A stretch of 64,000 nucleotides of DNA, taken from Octopus sinensis. Lineage: Eukaryota. A program made the position numbers and the translations under genes. The DNA lies in assembly GCF_006345805.1 (NCBI RefSeq), contig NC_042997.1:180420001-180484000 (forward strand), written 5' to 3'. Position 1 is the first letter of the stretch. Every line of letters begins with the position of its first letter. The notes under the pieces are model-generated. The model ran no database searches. It was not told the DNA's origin and saw only the letters and a program-made list of their open reading frames with translations. Positions 50,290-64,000 of the stretch are shown piece after piece.

Positions 50290-51470
50290 ACCAGTTGGTC
50301 TAGAAAGCGGAGCCTCATATCAGTGAGGGGAGCCGGTGCGCATTGATGTCGTCGAGAGGTAAGCCCGAAACGGCGCACATTCTCTCCTAATGACCCCATA
50401 CAGTTGCTGGATTCCGGTATCTGGAGTCCTCGACTGGGAGTACTTGCATGTGCAAGTTGTTTCCAAAAATCTAGGACCTTGTGGTAGGTAACCACTGACA
50501 GACCGGAAAGACAGTTAGGCATCTTGGACAATGGATAAGATCATCGACACCAGGAAAGACTGGTGGAGGCTTCGGACTTACAATCCTTGCCTTTGTTACG
50601 TGTTATAACTGACATCAATGAGAATGACAGCCCTATGATTGACCGAGAGGGAGTCCAGAATCAATCAAACGCAGTTAACACGGAAATGACCTTGGACACG
50701 AATACGGTCATTCATTCGAACAGCGAACGAAGTGCAAACAATTTTGGATGCAAGCTTTGCTGTAGGACTTTTGCAGCCGAGAGAGGCTTGAAGATACATC
50801 ACGGAAAGACTTGTAAGAAGAGTACAAAGCAGTGTGTATCATCTAATAGTAAAACACGTGGCAAATCATTCCCGGACTCAAACCATAGTGGGTCGATAAA
50901 TTCTACAGCAAAGACCTCTTCCCGACAGGAAATTGCTGGTGCATCAGATAGTACTCGGAGAAAACCGGGGGTTTTATGGCCTACTGCTAATGAGAAAGAA
51001 AAATATAAAGTGTTTGGAAAGAGGTATGTCGTGTTCTTTATAAAATGACAGACTCTTCAGTGGAGAAACTGGGAAAGTTAACAAGCTCAATTGACGATAC
51101 AGGGAAGGAATAATTTAGAGTGAAAGATTGTATCCGATTAGCGAAAGAAAAGCATGGACGAAGCAGGGGGATCAGGAAAATGAAACAGATGAGGAAGGGA
51201 AAGACCAGCCTAAGAAAGCGATGGAAATATGCTACCGAAGACGAAAAAACTGGCCTCGTGGTGCTGTACGACGATTTGAAAAGGAAATGACGTTATGTGC
51301 AATGACATATCCGCCGATATGAACGATGAGCGACAAAAGGAAAGTAAAAGGACTTAGGGGCAGTTTCCAAAGGATCCGTACGGGGTTACTAAGAAGCTGT
51401 TCCCTTAACCGAAGGGTGGCTCTTTATCGTACACGAAAGAAGGATTGAGCGCTCATATCATAGAAATCGA
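50290..51470 (+). mobile_element. HERO-like (RLE group) non-LTR retrotransposon, 5' portion only
   Basis: GC-rich leader; ORF 50563-51048 with C2H2 finger CKLCCRTFAAERGLKIHHGKTC and WPTANEKEKY; frameshifted continuation LRKRWKYATEDEK.GL.VLYDDLK..F.KDPYGVTKKLF. Confidence 0.75.
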
Positions 51471-52414
51471 ATTTCAAATTGGGGATATCAGGGAGAAAGG
51501 GGTGAATGATTTCGTTTTTTTATACTGTTTTGTTCTCATTGTTCTTTCTTTTACTGTTTTTACTTTTTTATTTTTTCATATCATTGATGGATTTGTTCTG
51601 CGCTATTCCAGGTCAAATCTATCTATTGTAAAAAAGGAACTCAAGTTATTATATTCTTTACGTATAAAAATGTAGACCCCCCCCCCAAAAAAAAAGCGAG
51701 CCAGTGTTTCATTATGTAACAATTTTTAGTTTAGCGATGAGAACCGTTCCGTGTACACTCTCTAGAATGCATTATGTGAAACAAACAGATAAATCAATGA
51801 AATTACGTGGAAACTCTTTGGAATGAATGGTACAGTTGACTAATCTCTCCCGAATCTATCATTATTACCAAACGCAAAGGGAGTATAGAGAGAACCAATA
51901 ACCACTGATGTAACATTACTGTTGCAATGCAAAAATATAAGTAATTTTCTAAAACTAATGCCTTTAAATCAATATTTACAAACTGACTACCACGTGTATA
52001 AAGCCAAATCTCCTGATATACATGTACAGGACAACAGAGAAATGAATTAAATATATATTATCTAATACAGGTTAATTATTAAATATCAAATTATAACTGC
52101 AGAGTAAATTTGAGAGGCCACAATTTTGCAATTATAATTCTAAACAATTTCTGAAAACATGTCCGAAAATTGCTTTTACATTTGAGATATAACGTCAGTT
52201 ATATGAGTGAACGAAATGCAATTCATTGAACGAAATGCAATTAACGCAGGACTAAGTAATTAGAAATTATACTTATTAGAAAAGGTAAATGACTCAAGAA
52301 ACATGATTAATTCGTTACGCAGTAAAATATATATAATTACTTCATATTCACCATTAAATAGTATCAGAGTACACTAATTAGCAGATTTCTTTGCATAAAG
52401 AAATATATATATTT

Positions 52415-52424
52415 ATATATATGT

Positions 52425-52493
<69 letters not shown>

Positions 52494-52497
52494 ATAT

Positions 52498-52530
<33 letters not shown>

Positions 52531-52557
52531 TATATGTATACATGTATACTTAGTATG

Positions 52558-52607
<50 letters not shown>

Positions 52608-52800
52608 AATATATATATATATATGTATACATATTTATATATATATATATATATTATATATATGTATACGTACATATATATATATATATACATATACATA
52701 CACACACATATATATATATATATATGTGTATACATGTATATATGTATATGCATATATATATATATATACATATATATACATGTGTGTGTGTAAATATATA
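52415..52800. repeat. Long degenerate (TA)n microsatellite
   Basis: Direct reading; source of several spurious YIYI ORFs. Confidence 0.95.
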
Positions 52801-53479
52801 AAAGTGGAACCATATAAAAATTGAGGCGTATCAAAATGAAGCATATCGCACTTGATGACTAGACATTATGACACAAAACAACCGATAAACAATCCTTTCC
52901 ATATGTTGTTTGATTTGCCAAACTAACGGCATATCGATATATTGATCTGAATATGGAACAGCCTGAGGAACTGAGTAATTATAATTGTGTTGTATTGCCT
53001 AAATGTCCTGCATATTGCACGTCTTGCATAAACGCGTATACGAAGTCACGGGGCATTAAGATCTCACTGAAGCAACGCTATATAAGCCATTCGTCTGTTC
53101 TTGATGGATGCATACACATACATATAACTACGTATGAATAAATAATTGTATATATGTATGCATCATGCATGTGTGTGTGCATGTATGTATGTATGCATGC
53201 ATGCATGCGTATTGCAGTGCCATCTTGCTAGATACGTTTATCGCAATTGTGAAACAAGAGAACTTAATATGCCGTGAATTGTAATTAATGTTAATTTAAC
53301 AGCTTTGAGTATTACTAAGAGGCTAGATTGTCTCTCACAATTTGTAATTCTCTCTGATTGAAAAGCGGTTTTGATATTAATTCATCTGTTAAATAATATT
53401 ACTCTGAAGTATGCATACATGCATATATACATGCATACATACATACATACATTCATACATACATACATACAAATTTGCA

Positions 53480-53632
53480 GTTACTCTATCCAGATTACAA
53501 ATTCAGGTTTATATCTGTAATTATTGGCGCCCTAGTATATGTAACACAGCCTAAGTAGCAATCTTGAGACATTAGGCTTCTCAAAACCAGAAAGGAGAAA
53601 GCTGGAACTGTAAAACTCTGTAAAACCTCTGT
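53480..53632 (+). mobile_element. R4/Dong-like LINE extreme 3' RLE fragment
   Basis: YPDYKFRFISVIIGAL.YVT..LETLGFSKPERRKL..GTVKLCKT in a broken frame. Confidence 0.65.
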
Positions 53633-53814
53633 ATGTATGCATGTATGCATGAGAATACATGCATACATACACAAATCTCCTGTTGATATTGTTAAAATCA
53701 CAATGATGTTCCCTTGGATCTATGTTAGAAACCAACTCCTTCTCTATTGGCAAGAAAACTTAAAATAAAATTGAATGCTCACATACTTACATACATATAT
53801 GCGTGTATGTACGT

Positions 53815-53940
53815 TCGTGTGTATGTGAGAGAGAGAGAGAGAGAGAGAGAGAGTGTGTGTGTGTGTGGTGTGTGTGTGTGTGTGTGCGTGCGTGTGTGTG
53901 TATATGTGTGTATGTGTGTGTGAGCAGATGCATGTGTGTG
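53815..53940. repeat. (GA)n/(GT)n microsatellite
   Basis: Direct reading. Confidence 0.95.
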
Positions 53941-54199
53941 AAGAAGGTGCTACGTCTTCACTCCGAAGTGAACGCTGCTTACGCCAGGAAAAGCTGATAT
54001 CATCAGACAATGTTCTGCCATCGGGTGTTTTGACCATGAACCATGGCAATTACGTTGGATGGTCAGCAGAGTTGGGGTGGCCAAATCACTGCTCATCTTC
54101 TCATGGGTTCTAGTTTCTCATGGGTCTTAGTTTCTTGATCCATAACCAGCAAGAGGCGCATTTTGTTGCCTCTCCCTTCCTGACTACAGCCACCTGTCT

Positions 54200-54440
54200 C
54201 ATTAAAATGGCTATAAGCATACTCCTACGCTCAATCTCAGCTAGCAGAATCCGTGACTACCATCCATTCCCACTGCAATCTTATAGAAGGATCTCGTATT
54301 AAGCTGGCACGCTCCCATTCGAAGACCTGATCATACACTTCTTTCCTCAGCAGAGCAAGTTTGGTCAAGTTTATTTCCCTTGTCTTTTTAATCCACAACA
54401 TTTAGTCTGGCTTCAGGGCAACCTGCATAATTTCTCCAGA
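54200..54440 (-). mobile_element. Very degenerate HERO-like RLE fragment
   Basis: Minus strand ALKPD*MLWIKKTREI..., similar to the LRPDIVLW..TR.V..EL pattern of RLE domains. Confidence 0.45.
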
Positions 54441-55939
54441 GTCAAACAATTCATATAAGATATTTCAGGACATAGTGGTGAATAGATAACGAAAAAATAT
54501 AAATATGGCTTACTTTCATCAGAAATAACCACTCAGAGCTTGGAATTACTGTGTATAGCGATCTCAAAGTTCATCTTTGAGAAGTCTACAAGTGTATCGT
54601 CCTCTTCTAGTATTATGTTCCGAAGCATAGATGACAAAGAGATTTCACTTTGGTATTTCGCAGCACGCGTTCAACAGATTTGTAGCAAAAAGAATATTAA
54701 ATATGGAAACACGTCGACGTCTTTAGTGTGAATGCTATTAGTTTAGAGGTACTGAAAATGCTTATTTTACAATCCTGCCCTTGAACATTACTGGTACTAA
54801 GTCTTATGAATACTGAAAGGTTATTAACTGCGGAGCAAGCTTAATAATTCAGAGAGGTATGTCTAATCTTGGGACGTGAATAAAAATAACAATACTAGGA
54901 AGTTATCTACGTTTCAAAAACCCATCACATTTTAATTGAAATTTCTATTTCGTTTCAATACGATTCTTTTAATATAGGAACTCAATTGCTCTGTAATTGA
55001 AAACGCATTCCATAAAGAACAAAGTAAAGATGCAGAGGAAAGCTTTATCTTGTACAGACAGGTTATTTCTTGCTAGAAGAGAATGAACTGCATCACATTT
55101 GGTCTGAGTGTAAGTAACGAACGACATGCTTCTAGAAAAGAAAGCTAATTACCCAGTTACAATACTTACAAGCTTGTTTCCACTTGTTATAAACGTCGTA
55201 GTTGTAAGCAGTAAATACATTTATGTGCTTACTCCTGGAGGATCGTTTTTACCTTCGCTATGCACTATATTTATTTTCAAATGAGCGGGTAAAAAAATCC
55301 TGTGCCGCATAAATGCCACCGTCATGCTTCTAGTAATGCATGTATGTACATGCGTTTCCGCGCGCTTGAGTGAGACTTCAGGTTTTATATATTAATTAAC
55401 GCCTGCGTTTGTATGTGTGTGATTAACTTTACGAAAATATATACGCGCACTTCAATAGATATTTTCACATTAATTGCGTCATTGAAATGAATTTGATACG
55501 TAAATGCAACGTTAATAAAAGAGCAAGCAGATATTTGGTTAGTATCAATACCATGAACAATAAATTTGCAATGTCAGCCATGTTAATGCAATAAAATTAG
55601 AAACAAAACCAAAATTAATTCATTGAAGTATCTAAAATTAATAGAATTCAATTAGTTTAAATATCCAATTATAATTCATAATGTCTAGTGTTTGTATTGG
55701 TTCATATAGCAGAATTTGTTGTTCAAGTAAGGCACTAGTTAAATCTAAGCAAGCCTATTGAAACCATTCAGTTCTGTTTAATTAAATAAATATATATTGC
55801 CGTTGACTTATTGATGGCACTGATAATGAATAGTTATATAAACAAATTGCTTGATAGACAAACAGAAAACAAAGTAGACAGAAAAGCAGACAAAGAAACA
55901 CGTAGCTATATACATAGGTAGAAAATAGGTAAGTAGAAA

Positions 55940-55976
55940 TATAGAATAATAGATAGACAGAGAGATAGACAGACAT

Positions 55977-56066
<90 letters not shown>

Positions 56067-56070
56067 GTTA
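55940..56070. repeat. (GATA)n microsatellite
   Basis: Direct reading. Confidence 0.95.
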
Positions 56071-56344
56071 AGTAATATTGAAAGTGACAATACGGATAAC
56101 TAGATAAAGAAAAGTATATGTGTGTGTATGTGTATGCGGGCGTGTGTATGTGTGTATATTTAGCTAGATATATGCGTGAATGTGTGTATCAGGAAAATAT
56201 TCCGTTCTACTACTTATATTAATTACTCTTAAACGTGAAAACATTTGCAGTTTCAAATATACATATATACGCACGTACATATATTCATAGGGACATACAC
56301 ACACATATGTACATACATAAACATACGCACATATATAAGTATGC

Positions 56345-56378
<34 letters not shown>

Positions 56379-56575
56379 ATATGTATGTATGTATATATAC
56401 CTATGTGTATATATATTTATATATATATACACATTTTGATTTGAAAACCCCACTAGAATGGGAGAAAGCGATAATGATCTAAGTGATATGATATATATGT
56501 AAAAAATGTAATATATAAATAAATATCTGTAAATATAAACCATCCGATCTTCTGATTACCTCATTTCTTCTAATA

Positions 56576-56624
<49 letters not shown>

Positions 56625-58818
56625 TATATTTTTTAAACCGATATACCTTTTAATGTATTAATTGATTAATATTTTACAGACAATTACTTACCTGGGTATT
56701 CAGGGTCTGTCCTTCTTTATAATCTATTTTCGATTTAAGGTCTTCTTCGATTTTTATAATAAGATCATGTTTTTATACTGCAGTTTGTTGATTGCATTCA
56801 ACCATCATGAAAAAGACCATTAGTGGAAAGGACCAATGAAACAAAACCATTTTAAAATGTGTATCTATTAAGCTATTTGTATACTTTTGCTTATAACCTT
56901 ATTTTTATTTCATTTTAAACAAAACTATCCGACGAACGAGAATCTGAAATTCTGAGTAACAGTATTTGTGATACTTTTGCTGCTTTTAATAAAATATATA
57001 TACACTGTATGCATGTATATAAGAAACTTTATAGATTATGTAATACCCCGAACGTCAAGGTTAGCTATTCATATTTAGATACTGTCGCTTCAAATATCTC
57101 ACGTGGCAATAAACTCCACACCACACCCCAGCCTCTAACTGTCATATTCTATTTTACCTAGTATCCTTCTATTTTACCAGCTTAGTCACATCACCTTGGT
57201 TGTTTTAGCCCTTCCGTATTAATTTTACCTTTGTCCACGTTCCCGTTCTATATATTTATAAGAGACCATTCCGACATAACATTCATCAGCCAACCGTGAA
57301 TCACTGGATTTATAAACACATTTACATTTACTTCTATTCCGTTAAAATGCTACTCTAAGCGTACCTACTCAACTGGTTCTCTTGGCTACTGAGAATATGA
57401 TTTACCTTAATGTTCTCATGTTTACTTAAAATGTCTATATTTATAACTTTGAAGTAGAGAGGAATTGTGGTCATATGATAGGAACAAATGACACGCTCCA
57501 GTAAAGTGTTACATCTGGAATGACAACGGCAAAAAGAGTAAGGTGTAGACCGAGACTATGAGGAATATATTAAATCAAATATATCATAAATATAACTTTG
57601 AACGGACTAAATGAGTTGGCTGGTAATCGGACTATTTCAAGAAAAGTTTTCCCCCCTTTCTTGTTTTTGCTTTAGCTGAAAGAATTCTACGCAGTATCTA
57701 AAATGATCTCCATCACTTTTCCCTTGAGCGGTGTGCTCCTATTATTTACAACCAGTCTGACAAATTATCTTTTTGCTGCCGTAATTTACCGGGCAGGATA
57801 TTTTCTCGGTAGCTTTTTGGTATTATCACCGTCATTCCTCTTTCGTTATATGCATTTAAAATCATTATCTTGCTGCTAAATAATGGGTTAAACAAGAAAT
57901 GCAAAATGTTAGGTAACTGGGCGTATTCCAACTAGTTATCCAACGGGAGAGATAACCGGATTCGGCACTGGAGCTGTGTTATTCTGTAGTAAGATACAGT
58001 TTATGCTACCTTGATTAGGTAGTGATTAAATGAAGCGCGAAAAAGTCACGTTTTGTATAGTTTCTGTGTCTGTTATGAATGTTGGTAAATGACCAGAAAA
58101 TCAAAATATTAGATATCAGAGGAAATGTCTGCATCAAAGATGTCTGACCTGCACATATCTACGCACACAGAACTCTCCACATTTCTCTCACTAAGGCACA
58201 TAAGCAAGCAAACAAAATCGCATATATAATATAGAAACGAGTTCGTATATATGAATGAATTGCTTTCTACAGTATTGTATTAGATCCGTACTAAACGTTT
58301 TCATATAAATATATCTTTGAGCTGCCGGTTTGCTTCGCTAAACAGCACTTCTCTGCTCATTATTTAATAAAATATTCATGTAGCTAACGAGTAATTAAAT
58401 CATATTTCACGAATGAATTAAGCTACAATTTCCGTTTCACTCTAAAGAAATTCACATTTTAGTTATGAATCCATTAGAAGATTCAGAAAACAATGTTACA
58501 AAATGAAGCTTGTAATGCAATGTGAAATATATTGATATCAGTAAAGGTATATTGTAGTACCGTAACACAATGACAAATGAAGCGAAATGAGTCCTTTCTT
58601 TGAATGCGTGAAGCATTCTGGTAAACAATTATATTGAAGTATACCAAAGAGAGAGTAATATAAAGTGAAATAAATTAAAATTAGTTGAATATTTACATAG
58701 GGGATATTTTTTAACAATTTCACAACGTGAGACACATATTCTGCTTTTGTATTTGGCGCATGAGATTACTATTCCAGAATATTGTCCTCTGTATTACAAG
58801 TAAATAAGTAGGCTAAAG

Positions 58819-58819
<1 letters not shown>

Positions 58820-58885
<66 letters not shown>

Positions 58886-58898
58886 TATATATATATAT

Positions 58899-58992
<94 letters not shown>
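58820..58992. repeat. (CA)n-(TA)n-(GATA)n compound microsatellite; the GATA part is the tail of the adjacent SINE
   Basis: Direct reading. Confidence 0.95.
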
Positions 58993-58993
<1 letters not shown>

Positions 58994-59246
58994 TCACCGC
59001 GATCACCGTGACCGACCAGGCTATCAGATTTTGCTACACATCGCTGGCTAGAATGCGCTTTGCAATGTTTTAGCCTTCAAATGACGCCAGCCCGCTGGCT
59101 AAGTGAGCAGGCCAACAGAAGAAAGAGTGAGAGAAAGTTTTAACGAAAGAGTACAACAGGGATCGCCACCAACCTCTGCCAGAGACCCGTGGACCTTTAA
59201 GTGTTTTCGCTCAATAAACACTTGCAACGCCCTGGCCATTGCGCCT
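58993..59246 (-). mobile_element. SINE family C with a deleted tRNA head and (TATC)n tail
   Basis: Reverse complement starts GGCGCAATGGCC and shares GTGTTTATTGAGCGAAAACAC with 48856. Confidence 0.85.
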
Positions 59247-59263
59247 CAACTATATATTATATA

Positions 59264-59311
<48 letters not shown>

Positions 59312-59339
59312 TGGCTTAGCATGCGTAAAAATATAGCGC

Positions 59340-60020
59340 TAAAACATTATCAATTAATAATTAAGGGTACTAACAAGAATTACCAGCATGCAAAATATAG
59401 GTGTCAAAATGACCAAACCACGAATTTTCACTTAAATACAATGGTGAAAGCGGGCAAAAGAATAAAAATCCTAAAACCCCGTACCAATGGCGAAAGTAAT
59501 CGAAAATTTAAAAAGCCAGACATACCCGTATCACCATGATTTAGAACTTTGAGAACAAGTCTTAGTTCATCTTCAGCGAGTCTTACTGACTCCAGGGTTA
59601 TAGAGATTATTCATCACCAATGTGTACGATGACCATTTTTAATGCCGCAGCAAATTTTTAAAGAAAAGTGATCGAAGTGAATAAGCAATTCTACATCAAA
59701 AGTACCATCAGACAACTTCACGCATGAGTTAATGGACACCGCTATGCTAATGTTTCTTCTTTGGAAAACACCTACCGAAATGCTATATCGAAGACATCCA
59801 ACTTGCCATTGGAGCTACGGAAAGAAACATAGGGTGACTGAAATAAGAAATATATCCCGCAAATCAAAAACAAGTCTTAATTACGCGTACCTAATGGGAT
59901 ACAAACACTTCAAACACACGGTCTAGGGTTCAGAGACATTAGCTACCAACACCTTTTCTCCGCAGATATTCTGAAGAAGAGGCCCTAAATCTGAAGTATT
60001 GAAAAACCAGGCAGTAGAAC
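59340..60020 (+). mobile_element. Probable degenerate Penelope-like element 3' end
   Basis: ST.RQLH..VNGHR resembles the GIY-YIG region; CTGAAGAAG at ~59966 resembles a decayed hammerhead core. Confidence 0.45.
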
Positions 60021-61068
60021 TAACCATCGATCTGTATAAATTAACTTTTATAACTTGCATTGATTTCGTTTAAAAGATATTTAAAACATGTCAAGTTATA
60101 TTGTATTGAAGAGGATTGTATCAGCAAATTAGTTGTAGTAAACAAAACCCGTTACAGATGCAAAAGAAGCAAATATCGATTAATTTAAAATATAATATAT
60201 TGGTTACCTATCAGATAGCATAAGTATTTTACAGTTATGAGTAATTACTAACTTGAAAGAATAGCATGAATGCCATATGTGTATTTAGAAGCGTCATTTG
60301 AAAAGGGATGGAGATTAGATACATGACATCGGAAATCTTTAAATTATTATATTTGTATTCATGAACTGAATCTTAGAGACTAGGTACTTCATAAAATGTA
60401 TTCTAAAGCGTCATAAGGGAAATCTCACCTCATTCTCTATTTTGATACACTTGCATTTAAAATCTTATAAACAACCAATTGTGATTTATAATCGTGTAGT
60501 TTTCTCAGGCTTATTAACTAAAAGTTTTGTATCTAACAAGGTAAACCGAAAAAAGAAGTTGCGTGCAGCAATGTAGTGTAACACATTATGGTTATCTTTT
60601 ACTATAATCTGTTAATCTATGAATGGAATAAAAGCTATTATTCTTAGTATCGAAGAATCGATAGTTTTTGAATAGGATTAAGATGTCTACAATAATTAAA
60701 ATTTATCGTATTTTACTTCAAAGGAATTTAAAAGTATGATTTGCCTTTTTTTAATATTTAGTCCATATTTGCTAAAAAATTGGTGCATAACTCCTTAAAC
60801 GAATCTGTCATTCAATTTAACACTCCAGAGATAATTATTAAAATGATTGCAAACATGAAAGCCAATTTAATAATTCATTTTATTTTCCAATACTGGAGAT
60901 TTGATGAAGATTTGATTTTTATATCTTTATTTATTTTAGAGCCACAATTTTTTGCTTACAGAGTTCAGTGTCGGACTAGTAACAACAATTCCAACAGTCT
61001 TTATCTGTTCACCAGTATCACAGTAAATACGACATATAACTTTGCAAAAGCTTAATCTAGACTATTAT

Positions 61069-61285
<217 letters not shown>

Positions 61286-61420
61286 ACTATGTATGTACTA
61301 CCAAATGCTACAGATATGTTAGTAAAAAGACATTGCGATTACTGTGGAATGCTTCTGTATTTTAGTCAATTTCTTGCGCTTGTTTCAAACGTTAGAAAAT
61401 GCTTAGTCAATTTTCTGTAG

Positions 61421-61551
61421 ACAAACTACAGCATTTCGAATCTCGATTAGTCTGCATTAAAACACTGAAAGATGTTAACATGTTTAACACCATCTCCAAT
61501 AACATTATAGATAAAAGAAATTTAGGAATAATTAATTCAATTAGCCACGAG
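61421..61551 (+). CDS. Candidate internal exon (131 nt, phase 1 to 0): (D)KLQHFESRLVCIKTLKDVNMFNTISNNIIDKRNLGIINSISHE
   Basis: Acceptor GTCAATTTTCTGTAG, donor GAG|GTAGGA, 43 open codons; no homology confirmed. Confidence 0.3.
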
Positions 61552-61649
61552 GTAGGATAGTTAACTGTAAATAAAAGTGAGAAAACACTAAGGAAGTGAG
61601 CATGCTGGGGAAAATGCTTAGCAAATTTTCGTAAGACTTTACTTCTGAT

Positions 61650-61790
61650 TTGAAATTCCACCGATGTCGATTTTATCTTTCATCTTTTCGCGGATAATAA
61701 AATAGGTACCAGTTGAGCACTGGGGTCTATGTAACCGGCTTATCCCCTCCCCCGAATTTGCTGGTCTTGTACCAAAATTTAAAATCAAAG
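61650..61790 (+). mobile_element. SINE family B 3' fragment
   Basis: GAAATTCCACCGATGTCG..GTACCAGTTGAGCACTGGGGTC..CTTGTACCAAAATTTAAAA. Confidence 0.75.
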
Positions 61791-63729
61791 TTAAAGTACA
61801 GCATTGGTAAAAATGATTTTACCTGTAGAGTTTTTCCCGTCAGCAACTGTGTATATTTTCTTCACACATAGACTTTTCTTTCCAATTACCTCAGCTCTCC
61901 CTTCTTTACTGTTGGTTGCTGGTAATGAAATAAACCCAAAATTGTATCTAAAAGTACTCTCATACACATGTTCAACTAAAGGCTTCTTGAACTACCTTGA
62001 AAATGAAATGACCACATATATTTGTGATTGTTAATGAATCTGTACTTTTGTCACTCATATTCCTTACTTAAACTGCTATTTCATGAAGTTAAAGATATGA
62101 CAGTAGTATCCGATGACACTTTTATGAGTGTGTTAAACACCTTTTGTAAACGAAACACCATAGAAAACAAGAAGTTGAAAATGTAATTATTTTAAAAGCA
62201 ATGTACGCAATACAGTTGCAGAACAAGTTAAATGTGATTGGAAATCCTTTGAGAACAGCACTGGTTGTGTGCTATCTTTGTCTATAATTATGTGTAATAT
62301 ATCGGAATCAGGTCTGTCATTTGTGTTCACAGAAATAATTGACATATATATGTAATGGGATAAATATTAGTTTCGGATATTATAAATATAAACACGGGGG
62401 TATTTGAAATAGCGATATGTAAAATTCAGCTTAATAGAAGGTGTTTGGAGAAAATTCTGAACATTATGTTTTATGTAGTTTTGGTGGGCATCTAAAGTTG
62501 GAAGATAAACATACGCCAAACTGAAATTGCGAATGAAATGCAGTTCACAGTTGGAGCCTAACTATTCAACATTTGACATCACTTCTTACAAGTGATGATT
62601 ATAAAATAAAGATAATGAGAATGAAATAAATGTAACAAAATTTCACTTCTATTGTATATATTTTAACTGATGTATCCGTGAGAAATATATACTAATGTTT
62701 CATGCAAAAGTGTAAGTGGAAATCTCCAAACGACTTCAACTTGTTTAACACTTTAAAACGTTTGAAAATTTTACAAAGTTATGTAACCCTCGCTTGTAAA
62801 TTTACACAAGAAATCAATGCTTAAAATATGTTTATTTTTATATCTTTAGTTCGAAGCCACTTAGGTATAGTTAAACTAGTCCTAAATTATATCTGGTGCT
62901 GCACGCTGTGGTGGCTCTTCTTTCAACCTTTGCTTTGAAATTATAATAACAAAGCAGAAATAAATGGCAGATAAAGTATGTGTACACACTCCAGGGATTT
63001 ACAGATCATCCCATTGGTACTCCATCAGAATACCCAGTTTATAATTCTTGAATGGAATATTTTTTCCGAAGTTATTGATACAAACAATTTGTAGTTTCAA
63101 TGTGTGATTATTTTCCATTAGATAATAATTACTTAGTGCACTGTGAGATGTTTCGGCATGAGACAGACATTAGTTTAAACTTCATCGTCCATCTTGTAGT
63201 GAGCATTTGACAAGTTTTTACTGAAATTCATGCCATTTTGTCTTATTTACACATGAAGTCTGAGTCATTGCTTGTATTCAAAATAGCGTGGTGATAATGT
63301 AGAGAATTATTCAAACGGAAAGATATACGAGAAGTGTAGAGTGACAACTATGCAAATGGATTGGACTAATGCAAGCACAGAATAAAAATATGAAGTAGAT
63401 GTATTCAGAATGTGAGTTACATATATATGTGTGTGTGTTGTATGTGTCTATGCAATGCACTTAATATAAAACACTCAGACGGCAATGTAATTTTTGCGAG
63501 GTTTTCAACACATGCACACAGACTCAATTGCAAACGGACACAGTTACACACTTATTATATATAGCCCAGTATTGATGTTCAGTTATGTATAAGTAGATGT
63601 GGGTTAAGGCTGTATAAGCAAAACAAACACATGTTGTTGAAATAAAGCTTTATTCCATTATTCGTATTGATTATCTATATAATGCATGTTTATGCGTATA
63701 TGAATGATTTGAACAGTACATTGTATTGT

Positions 63730-63740
63730 ATATTCATATA

Positions 63741-63825
<85 letters not shown>

Positions 63826-63900
63826 CTGTATGTATGCATGTATGTATTATGTATGTATGTATTATGTATGTATGTATGCAAATGCATACACGTATATATA
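63730..63900. repeat. (TA)n/(TATG)n microsatellite
   Basis: Direct reading. Confidence 0.95.
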
Positions 63901-64000
63901 CATACCCATGCATACGCGTGATTGTGATTTACGCAAAGCTGAACAGGAATTAAACACATGAACACCAGTAGTCAATCAAACACACATACAAATACACACA

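Noticed and set aside
50160-50531. 123-aa minus-strand ORF
   Set aside because: It is antisense to the GC-rich HERO leader and has no motif.

Overview
This is AT-rich, microsatellite-dense eukaryotic DNA, most likely from an octopus or related coleoid cephalopod; that is an inference from the tRNA-derived SINE families and repeat landscape, not a database result. The window is mostly intronic or intergenic and full of transposon relics. DNA transposons: a full-length Chapaev3-type element (12-bp TIRs, TAA TSD), two mariners and a Tc1/DD37D-like element. One mariner is interrupted by a Tx1/L1-clade LINE with a 13-bp TSD; the other sits inside a non-coding retroelement. Retroelements: several R4/Dong-clade LINE pieces lined up between (AAT)n arrays, a HERO-like LINE 5' end, a CR1-group 3' end, Penelope-like remnants with minimal hammerhead motifs, and many SINEs. 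No intact transposase or RT ORF, rRNA, true tRNA or CRISPR array was found, and no host gene could be named. A few short plus-strand segments have good splice signals and open frames (best cluster 30.6-31.9 kb) and are listed as low-to-moderate-confidence candidate exons. The most unusual observations are a perfect 80-bp-arm palindrome, the (AAT)n-separated retroelement train, a spliced unit whose frame crosses an intron-split TG|A codon, and a diverged ~400-bp duplicate with codon-like substitutions. None is proven to be a new biological system. All translations and alignments were done by eye, so boundaries of degenerate elements are approximate.
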